From assembly GCA_950097015.1 (NCBI GenBank), contig CATNEN010000007.1, positions 4,588,001 through 4,652,000 on the forward strand: 64,000 bases of DNA, read 5' to 3'. Under the pieces are notes generated by a model, which did not search any database, had not been told where the DNA came from, and saw only the letters and a program-made list of their open reading frames with translations. Below are positions 23,264 to 33,300 of this stretch, piece by piece. Numbering within the stretch: the stretch's first letter is position 1; every line of letters starts with the position of its first letter. A program made the translations under genes and the position numbers. The stretch comes from Macrostomum hystrix (lineage: Eukaryota > Animalia > Platyhelminthes).

Positions 23264-23857
23264 ATGCCAAGACACTCAGTTCTCGTGTTCGTGATTCTCG
23301 GCATCGCATTTTTGGCCACAACAGTCACAATGTCCGATGATTGTCTGCGACGCCTGCAAGGCGAAGCCGCCGAAATGCTGGTTGACGTGGTCGACGGCCT
23401 GCAAAGCATCGCGCGCCAACTGGAGCAGCGGCTGCCATCGGATTCGTCCTGCGGGCACCGGAAAAAGACTCTCCTGCCGACTGCGCCGCCCGCTGCAGCA
23501 GCCGAGTCCGCGGGCTCGGCCAATCGGAGGGCGCTGAGCACAGCGCTGGCCACGATGCAGTTTCTGAAAGCATTCGGACAGGCCGAGCAACACGAAGGCC
23601 TCCGGTCGTTGGCTGCAAACTCGGTGAAGACCGGGCGGCGCCTGTACGTGGCTTCCTGCCTGCTGGGACAGCTCAGCGGCGTCGGGGACTCTGCTCTGGC
23701 ACCGACGTCGCCACCACGGTGGCTCAGGCGGAATCCGCGGAGCACGGATCGGTACGTGCAGGACTACATCCTGTGCTGGAACTTGGCAAGGGTGCTGCTC
23801 AGATCGGCCAACGAGTTGGTGAACGGCACTCTGAGTGAGTATGCGCTGCAGCAATGA
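23264..23857 (+). CDS. Secreted 197-aa protein, putative long-chain four-helix cytokine (IL-6/CNTF/CLCF1-like)
   Basis: Hydrophobic signal peptide, four amphipathic segments with long AB and CD loops and a short BC loop, helix-D-like DYILCWNLARVLLRSANEL, four Cys, GC-rich coding composition and an upstream TATA box. Confidence 0.7.
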   Translation: MPRHSVLVFVILGIAFLATTVTMSDDCLRRLQGEAAEMLVDVVDGLQSIARQLEQRLPSDSSCGHRKKTLLPTAPPAAAAESAGSANRRALSTALATMQFLKAFGQAEQHEGLRSLAANSVKTGRRLYVASCLLGQLSGVGDSALAPTSPPRWLRRNPRSTDRYVQDYILCWNLARVLLRSANELVNGTLSEYALQQ

Positions 23858-25360
23858 GAATTCATAAATTCCTATTATAAATTATACGATTTCGTAAAAC
23901 CAGAGAATGTCCGCAAGAGACTACTTATGAGCGTCCTAAGTAGAATGTGATGAACATGAACTCCGCTTCTCAAACATTTCAGCCTACAGCCTGGCTGAGG
24001 CCTGCAAGTAGGGGTGCTGGATTTGCACGCGAGTTGGACAGATGAAATGAGATGCTTTGAGCTTGCTAACTTTTATGCGCCGTGACAGCACTGCTCTCGT
24101 GCGCAACCTATCTATTCAGATGGCACTGTTGTTGCATTACAGCCAATGCATGAACAAGGTTATATTTGAATTTATCACAGCAAGTACTTTGCCCACTCTA
24201 TGCTTTCCTCTGCAGGGATGTTCTTGTAATAGCTGGACTTCTTCAGGATTTTGTCAAACTACCGTGTGCTTATTAAACTGTACAGAGTAATTGTATTGTA
24301 GAGTACTCACAGCATTGTACATGTCCCCGTGAGCCTGTTAAGTCCTGTATTTGTGCTTCAATTAACTAAGCACATTGCTGCACAATCATTCAAAAAGAGT
24401 ATTCCAATTAAACTTCTTTGACTGAATTCCAATACATTATTTTATAGTTAATACCACAATATTATTTCACTCGTAATTTAGGCATAGGTGCATTACTTTC
24501 TAATAATAAGAAAGGCCAGATTCCAATAGGATATGATGAAGAGTGCTATTTTTCATTTGCTAGTAAACAATTCAGATCGTCTATATTTAAATAACACTGC
24601 ACTTATTGGGTAACAACGAAATCAACTTATTTGTCAGAGCAACTTTAAAAACAAATTCAATTTGACTAACTCGAAGATGACTGAAGCCATGGAAACGGAA
24701 AATTAACGTTAAATCGCTAAATTGTTGTCACGATTATATAGACAAGCTAAAAACACAATTGACAGGAGGATAAAAACGTGACGCGTCATTGGACACGCGT
24801 GACAACAGGCTAAAATCTGCTTATTTACAAAACCTGCAGCCCGCAGAATCTCTGAGAAACTGCAGACTCAGCCTCGGGATAAAATATAACAAATGGCTAA
24901 AATGATAGCAAAGATTTACTCAATTTAATATTAAGATAGTATTTACATTCATTCAAGACAAACTACATGTAAAAGACTGACACGAACTGCAATATTTCCA
25001 GCAGGTTATAACGAATTGTTAATTCGATGCCTCATTGTATAATGCAGATGCTTATTTTACCTTACCATTAAAAGCACTTTAATATATCAAACTAAAAATT
25101 GGTTGCCTGTTTATAGGCCCCCAAAAGCAACAAGTCACTATTGCTTGATAAAAAGCGGTCCTATAGTTTTGCCCATTCTGAACATGCAGACAGAAAAAAA
25201 CAAAGAAAACAAATTTTAAAAGAAAACAGGAACACAGATCTCGCAGTGAATGCTGTACACTTGTATGTAGCGAGAGAATTACTGAAGATTAAAGTATTTT
25301 TCTCTTTTGCAAGTTGTTTCTAAACTTGTTTAATAAAATCAGCTCTAAACTATATTATGA

Positions 25361-25768
25361 TTAGTTACCTGCCAGGTAGGATTCCGGAAACTGTCGGCCA
25401 TTTCGAAGGCAATAATAGCGGAATAGCAGCTGCAGTGTGGCTCGCACAGTGCTCAGACAACTGTTGAGCATGCCGCATTGGTCTGGCTGGTTGAGCTCGG
25501 TGGCCAGTGCGAGCCTGTCGGTTAGCAGCTGCTTGTACTCACGCAGGGCGGCGATTTCGCCAAGGAGGAGTCGCAGGCGCTGTTTTGACAAGCGCGTTGT
25601 TGTTGTCCCGGCTACCGTTTTGCCGTCGCTTGGTCGTCGACTCGCCGGCACTGCGGCGGGCTGCTTGCGGGACAGTCGCGAGACGGCACCGCTTCCAGGA
25701 CTCCGGGAACTGCGCGGAGGAGTGCGGTCTTGGCCGCCGCTGCTGACATGTCGACTGACTGGCTGCAT
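25361..25768 (-). CDS. Hypothetical 135-aa protein (S/R/P-rich N-terminus, helical-hairpin-like C-terminus)
   Basis: ATG-initiated GC-rich ORF in AT-rich surroundings with amphipathic LRLLLGEIAALREYKQLL...LSTVRATLQLLF. Confidence 0.45.
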   Translation of the reverse strand: MQPVSRHVSSGGQDRTPPRSSRSPGSGAVSRLSRKQPAAVPASRRPSDGKTVAGTTTTRLSKQRLRLLLGEIAALREYKQLLTDRLALATELNQPDQCGMLNSCLSTVRATLQLLFRYYCLRNGRQFPESYLAGN

Positions 25769-26970
25769 GGTTCGCTGTTAAATGAGCTAAGCCTGTTTTC
25801 TTGGTAGTTGCCGATTCCAATTCACTATAAGCCAAGCCAACCAGCTGGGGGCTGAGAGACCGCGCATTAAAAAGCCATGCCACCTCCATTTGGGGTTGGC
25901 GCTCTTCACCTCTATCCACTTTTCAGCCAATGTACATTCACCCCGTGTCTCTCATCCCTTTCCAAACCCCAACCCTTGTTCTATGCCCCTCGCTCTGATT
26001 GGCTTGGCTTTTCGTGGGCAGAGGTTTCGCCAAATTTTTGTTATCATTAAAAACTTTAAGTTAACGCAATGAGAAAATACATTGTGATGAAAACAATGTG
26101 TTTTACTCGTAAAAACTAAAAAAATTCGAAAGTAAAGTTGATGAAAAATATACATTAAAGCCCCGTGATTATGCTTTGTATTTTAACTGAATCATTTTTA
26201 GTCATATGTAGTCAGGCAATACTACAGGCTTTAATAAAGGAAACACTAAACGATTAGATCATTTAAATGATCTAATCTACTAGATGGGGCGTACTGATGA
26301 TGCAATTATGGATTGAATGGAAGGAACTGATGATGTAATGATAATAAAGTCAATTTTAAAAAACCGTTATCGGGAGAAAAATGTTTCTGGAATAAAGAAA
26401 GCTGAATTCGTTTAAACAACCGAGGTTAAAATGCCCTCTTTGCTCTTCACGAACGCTTCGATTCCGAACCTGTGTATTCACTCCACTTCCACTTGAACAA
26501 GTACAGGTTCACGACTCCCATGGCATGTGTACCTACTACTTGTAGAGCAAACTGGGTGTCACAGGTGGCAAGTGTGCAGTCAGTGTCCATTGCAAGCGAG
26601 AGTAACATTGCTGAGTCTACAGACGCCGGTGCAATGTGATGCAGATAAGAATAAATAATGAGAATTTCAATGCCAATAAAATATCCTTCGCTCAGTAACA
26701 AGTAAAACAGCAACACATCTGGACAAGCTTAAGGTACTCTTGAAACAAGGAGCTACGAATGTAACAAAGAATGAATGCAAATAATAATGCTTTCTGAACA
26801 ATAGCACTTTGGACAAGGACAGCCCTTAAAGTCGACCCTAATTGAAATATACCGACCTAAAAAGCCAGTAAACATTTATGCAACCAGAAAAGTATAATTA
26901 GGGTCGATTGTCAATTCATTCTCAAGCCATTGTTGAAAGGCCCACCACCAAATGGCTTCATAAACTCAAA

Positions 26971-28221
26971 TCAGTCGACGGCTTCTTCAAATGCCACCGC
27001 GTACGCGTCGACACGACAGTCCCCGTTTGATGGACAGCTCAGCAGCAGCAGCAACGCCTGGGCTCCATCGCCGACAAGGCGAACCGCGGCAGGCCGCTGG
27101 CCAGCCGTGCTGGCCCCGGTAGCCGCTGCAAGAGCCGCATTGGCAGCCCGCGTGCTGGCGGCCGCCAGACCCATGCTGCTGGCGTGGTAGACTAGCACGA
27201 GGCCGGCTCCAATGTCCGTGACGTACAGCTGGTCGCCACGCTCATCCAGGTGTAGGCCACAGGGCGATTGGCCTGCGTCGAAGGCCAGGTGGCAGAGCGG
27301 CATCAAAGTGAGCCAGTCGAACTTCACCACCCGGCGAGTCTCGGGGAAGGAGACCCACAGGCTGGTGAGGCCGTGGCTGTGCACGGTGAGGTAGTAGGGC
27401 ACGCCAAACTGGGCAACGTCTATGCTGCGAATTCTCTTCAACGCGGGCGCGGGTGTGTAGTGGTCGACGGCGAGACGGCGCGGGTTCGTCACCCAGCATT
27501 CGCCGCGGAAGTTAACTCGAACAGCAAACATGCCCGGCCTGGTCGGTCGAGTAGATTTTCCCTCGCTTTTCTGAACTGTCTGCCGCCGTTTTGGCGATGG
27601 TTCTTGTCGAGAGGCGACCAGTCGGCCGGTCCGATCGAACACGAATAGGCCGCAGCGTCCGGAGGCGCCGACTGCGGTGACGTAGACCAGGCCCGGCGTG
27701 GCGTCGATGCACAGCGGCACGCGCCTGCCAAGCTGCGCAGGCCAGCAGGCAGTGCCCGCAGTCCGGCCGTGCGGGGTCAGCGAGAATTCGGCCACATCCA
27801 AGCCGGGGACCAGCAGGCGGTCAGCTTGCACAGCGAAGTCGTAGGGGCAGCTCCAGGCGTTGAGGCGCATCGAGGCAAACGCCGCGGCGCTGCGAAGCCT
27901 GCGGCCAGGCGGAGGCAGTGGACGAAGATCGTAGGCGCCAGGCGAGCCGGAGCCGTCAACAAAGTCATCGTCAGTGGCCTCGCTGTCGCTGCGAGGACGC
28001 GAAGGACTGCGCGTCGTCTGACGTCGCCGGTCTCGGCTGCGGCTGCGGCTTTTGCCTAGCAGTCTTCGGCGCAGCTTGATTCTCTTGAAGAAGCCAACGA
28101 TAGCTGGCTGCTTTTTCTTTTTCTTTTGCTGCTGGGGATTTTCGTTGATTGGCCTCTCATCGTCGCTAGCTGGCTTGGCTTCTGGCCGCTCCTTGGTTCG
28201 GGAGCGCCAGGGCTTCAGCAT
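26971..28221 (-). CDS. NHL-repeat / beta-propeller protein with a basic RS-rich N-terminus
   Basis: 416-aa GC-rich ORF with blade-like motifs (PCGLHLDERGDQLYVTDIGAGLVLVY; PYYLTV...LWVSFPETRRVVKF; GLVYVTA). The true 5' end is uncertain. Confidence 0.72.
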   Translation of the reverse strand: MLKPWRSRTKERPEAKPASDDERPINENPQQQKKKKKQPAIVGFFKRIKLRRRLLGKSRSRSRDRRRQTTRSPSRPRSDSEATDDDFVDGSGSPGAYDLRPLPPPGRRLRSAAAFASMRLNAWSCPYDFAVQADRLLVPGLDVAEFSLTPHGRTAGTACWPAQLGRRVPLCIDATPGLVYVTAVGASGRCGLFVFDRTGRLVASRQEPSPKRRQTVQKSEGKSTRPTRPGMFAVRVNFRGECWVTNPRRLAVDHYTPAPALKRIRSIDVAQFGVPYYLTVHSHGLTSLWVSFPETRRVVKFDWLTLMPLCHLAFDAGQSPCGLHLDERGDQLYVTDIGAGLVLVYHASSMGLAAASTRAANAALAAATGASTAGQRPAAVRLVGDGAQALLLLLSCPSNGDCRVDAYAVAFEEAVD

Positions 28222-28745
28222 CCTCCGAGCCTGGAGATACTGGTCGTGACCTCAGCCTTTATCTAACTCGACATGAGCGTTCAAATTTGTGTATTGTGCG
28301 AGCACTTGCGCTGAAACTTTCTGTTAGGCCATTTTGCTGGCTCTCTTCTGGGGCCGGAGTTGCTTTTGTACCTTTTTTACTTCCTTTCCTTCTTCTGCTC
28401 GCTCGTTTCCGTCGAATCTTCTGGAATTGGAATGGCCCTGGCCTGCTTGCCGACCTGAATTTGCGAACAGTTCTCCTTTTCCTATTAAATTTGCAACGAA
28501 AGTTCTTAACGATAATGTGGGAAAGCTGCGCCCGATCTGCACTCTAGAGCCTCAGAGTAAATAAACTTCAACTCGCAGATTGAGGAGCAGCTGCCACGAG
28601 AGTTTGACCTGGCCAAGGAAAGCGATAGATTTAGTGACGAGAAATCTTGTTGACCGAACAGTGCCTGTTTGCAGACCGAAACTCTCCTATTATTCTCTGC
28701 TCTCCGGCTGATGAGAACTAATGAGAGCGGGCAGAGGTGATCTGG

Positions 28746-29068
28746 AAGAAAGCGAGCGAAAAAAAGGCTGCTACAATCCTTAGCTCATGCGCAAAATAGT
28801 GCACAGCGCTAGACGCAATTCACCTTTGGGTGAGGACGAAACGGTCGGAGCGGAGGGAGGGTCTGCTGTTTCATCAAGTGGCGAGGGACTGGCCGAGACA
28901 GAATGAGAAAAAGATTGGGCCTAAGTCAAACAGATTCACGGCTGAATGAGCTGTTTTTCATTTGGAAAGCCACTGTGGGTCAATAAAGATGAAGCTTCAA
29001 TATAATTTCTGCACCATAACCCGCCAGATAAGTACCTGCCTTTACCTTTGTCACGCTATATGCATATA
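28746..29068 (+). repeat. About 323-bp repeat, left copy (inverted partner at 37542-37864)
   Basis: Near-identical to the reverse complement of 37542-37864, with a few substitutions by eye. Confidence 0.9.
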
Positions 29069-30316
29069 ATAGGCCCAGTCTTGAAGGTGCAGTAGTGGCC
29101 AGGGAAATAATAATAGAACAGTTAGTCTATGTGTACATTTGTAATATTCTGCGTGCCGTCTAAACTGCATCTGACTGGCGCACTCAAACTGATACAATGG
29201 CTAGGGCGTACGGCGAGATATTGTGAAGCTGGATGGAGAGAATAGCTGGCTCAGGCATAGTACAATTCTTCTAAATTAAAGCAACGGGGTGCATATAGGT
29301 GCTTGAGCCCAGATTGACAAACCGCAACACGAAAACTGCGACGCCTGAAGTCATCGATTTATAAAAAATTTCCAATTGGGAAGGCTAATTTCGAAACTAA
29401 GTAAAGTAACATTTGTGCCTCCTTTTATTTCAGCCATCCGAAACCCTCCTTTGATTTTCCATACTGACGCAGTTTTCGAGCTGTAAAATGTATTTATTCA
29501 TGCATGGAATAGCAGCTATATAGCAGGTTTAGCCTGTACTGAATATGGCTGCAGTAAATGACGACATTAAAAGGAAACTACATATATTTTTGGCCGCATA
29601 TTCCGCAGCCCAGGTGTAACCCGCAGAGCAAAAATGTGCTGTCAAAATTAAAAAGATATACGAGAAATTGTGATCATCCCTACTCTATAAGTGAATAAAA
29701 ACTTGTAAAGGTTTCCAAAATTATCGCAAGAAGGTGAATCAGAGACGGCTTGAATGTAGCATAAAAAGTCACTAATCAAAAAGTAAATATAGCCGAGCCA
29801 TTTCTGTAAACTAAATATTTATATGAAAAAATTGAACGTACCGATCAATAAACATAAATGTACAGTGCTTATATATGCTATCTTTATTAGAAAGTTGAAA
29901 TTGTTTAGGACTTCAGTGCGCAAAAATTCAATCCAATAAAACAAAATAAGAAAAGAAACTTGTGCATGATTTTCTGTCCATTTTTTTCGAAGCAGTTGGC
30001 GCTTTATAAAAATTACTTACCAATTTAAGAAACGTTCTTCTTTATTACTCATCTTACACGTTTCATCGACATCTTTAAATTGTCTAGAATATATAATAAT
30101 TATCGCGGTGATAAATGTATGCTCTGCGCAACGTCACATGAATGGTTGACTCCATTTAGCTTTTAACTATTTGACAGCTATTTGCTCTCATTGCATTCAT
30201 TAAGTTTTAATAAGTGAAAATTATCAATCAAGCATCAGCTGGATTGAGGGTTTTTACTTTCAGAGTTTATGTCTGCTTCAAGAATCCTGACAGTCATACG
30301 TATACAACTGTGCAAA

Positions 30317-33300
30317 ATGCGAACGATAGCTACAGCTTTAGGCTTATGCGTGATTGTTGTGTTGCTTTTCACACGATTTCACCTTGGTGCATCAGCAAAG
30401 GGACCAAAAGTTACAGACAAGGTAATTAGCTCTCGCTATTGCACTCCATTTCTAAATTAACTTTGATTTAATGATTTCATGTTTTAATTTCTTAATTAGT
30501 TTCATATTACCTCTTGATTTCTTATTACTCAAGGTGAATATAATCAGTTAGCCTAGCCTTTACTATCTTTACTTGTGTTTATATTTGTACTTATTTCCTA
30601 AAATTACCTAGCTAGACAACCTGTCCAGACAGTAGCTAGCCAATTCTGTTTGTGGCTCCTAATCTTGGTGTAAGTGCTTATTCCCATGGTCCCATTCCGA
30701 TATTTACAATTTTATCCACACGGATCCATGCCAATAATTTTCTGCTTATCTACATGTCAGCTTGTATAAATAGGTCTACCCTACCTATTCTTCTCTCAGC
30801 ATAAGGCTTTTGCTTCATAGTATAGTGTATACTGTACACCATCAATGCATAGTGTAAAAGAATAAAAATGATATATAATATGTGTGACAAGTTTGGTGCT
30901 GACTAGTAAGTAAGAAGACTGCAGTCTTTTACGTGGGGGCGAACATAAAGGGATTTCTACTCACTGCTATATTCTTTCCTGCATTTAGATGCACAAAAAA
31001 TGCACAAACGGAATATGCACTTGTTTTAATAAAAGCTATTCAAAAATCTCGACGCAAGCACTTTCTGCAAGGCGGTCGTTTTATCAATAAAAAGAAAAAC
31101 ATTTTTCTATGAATTGAACCTTTCCCTTTAGGCTCGAATTGAACAAATGTATTCGCGAAAACCAATGAAGGAACTATGGGTGAATAGAGACAGAAAGGTG
31201 GCATATGATATAAACAGCATAGTAAAGCATATTTCCCCTTAAATCGCAAGTCGACGGAAAAACGGCTCAAACAGAGGAACAAAATGCTCAATAAAAGAGT
31301 CAAAATCGTTTGGAAGCATTTAGAAGCTATATGGCTGCCTTGTGCCCCTAATCATACACACAACTGCAGTAAACTATGCCAATTTCAAGTTACACCACTA
31401 CACTGCAATTGACGAAACAATGCAACAACTGGACTGCAATCAAGGCAACAATTCAACAAACAGAGTGCAATCAACGGAATGATTCAACCACTGAAGTACA
31501 ATCAAAGAAATTTAATGCAAAAAATGTAATGCAAACGGAGCAGCAACATACTCGTATTAATTGCAATCTAAGCAAACGAATGCAACTGACATGTCAACAA
31601 GGGAACGTACGATATGAAATACAAACAAGCCAGCCATTTATTAAACTTGAATGAAATTCCAAATTACTGCATGCAACTGGAATACAATCAGCGAAATTTA
31701 CACAATTAAAAAGCGATTCGATGACTTAAAAAGTGGAGGCTATATGCACAGCATATAAGCAGCAATTAAATGCAATTTAAATGCAAAATTAAATTGACTA
31801 GGCCTATTGAGGGCTGGCTAAGACATTTTTTTAATTAGATTAAAACTAATCTTACAATAGCACCATTATGTGCTAGAGCAAATTTATAAAGGAGAATAAT
31901 GATTCATATGACTGGCCAAGTACATTAAAAGCAATTAAGTATAAATGCATAGAAAAGATAGGGAAAATATTACACAGCTTGAAGCAGACTTTTTGACCTG
32001 AATTTAAATATCTAAGATGTCATCACTTGCACAAAATTTGTGATGACTGTAACATAGTGTTAATTCAATAAAAAGGCATCCTACGTATTGAACATTATTA
32101 ATAAGACTTTGTAAGAGAATATAAATGCACTTTTTGTGCATATGGCATATACTTTCGAATACTGCAAGAAGTGAGTCAATAAAAGAGTATAATCAACATT
32201 ATCAACACGACAATGAAGACCGACATTTAAATGCGCATCAATTACATTATCCATGCAAAAGTAAAAAAAACCAGACAAATCAAAGGCCTGCGCGTGTGTG
32301 ATGTGACAAGCGTCAAAACACGTCCTGAAAGGCGATAATGTTCAAATAAAAAGTTTCAACGACACAAAGACGTGCGCGCTAAAAGGAAATGCAACATAAG
32401 GTGATTTCTACTGACTGCTACATTCCTTCCTGCATTTAGATGCACAAAAAATGCAGAAACTGAATATGCACTTGTTTTAATAAAAGCAATTCAAAAATCT
32501 CGACGCAAGCATTTTCTGCAAGGCGGTCGGTTTATCAATGAAGAAGCTAAAAAAGTTGCAATCATTTAGGATTTAATCATCAAAATGAAAACCGTTTGCC
32601 AAACGGCAAGCAACCAAAAAAAGTTTAACTACCACAGATACTGTTTATCATCAACGGAACTTGCAAAATCTTTCAATAGCAAATAACGGATGCTTCAAAA
32701 ATGATAGTGTCCAAAATTTGTACCCCTTACCTTCATGTACTCAATAGGATCCAGACACGACACACGTTAACCAATCTAGCCGTGTGAGATGTCGTTGGAA
32801 TGTAGACAACATTCCGCGTCGATTGAAGCCATCCGCGCTTAAAGCCATCAGGAATTCGCAGACTTATACACAAAAGTACACACAAATATGCACAATGTAC
32901 ACGCTGTGCATAATTACATTTTCAGGTACTAATCCTAACAGGTAATACGTGTATCGACGGCAGTATTTTTTCCATATACCCACATGGGATGTGCATCTTT
33001 AAATACCAAGCTCAAGGAGTATTACGCCCTTTTCGCCTCCAGCCGTAGGTTTGAGCACAGCAAAGTCTGCACCGGTCCCGAACCCGACCTTTCACCAGTC
33101 TGGGTGGACTTTCTCAGCCCGGGTAGGGCCGAAAGGTGCGCGCAATATCTTGTTAGACGCAAAACAATATTTCCAGTAGATTGACGCATCATTCGACAAA
33201 TTCGGAGCCGGATTTCGCGAAATGCGCGCGTCGAAAGGAGAAAAATACAAATTTTTCACGAAAGTGTATGTGCACTATTATGTACTTTTAATACACTTGC

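Noticed and set aside
23200-23854. Antisense ORFs over GC-rich exons (also at 43319, 50828, 52667, 57160 and elsewhere)
   Set aside because: These are shadow frames expected opposite high-GC coding sequence. The sense frames carry the recognisable domains.
28694-28740. CTGATGA suggesting a hammerhead ribozyme
   Set aside because: There is no stem II followed by GAAA and no cleavage triplet geometry.
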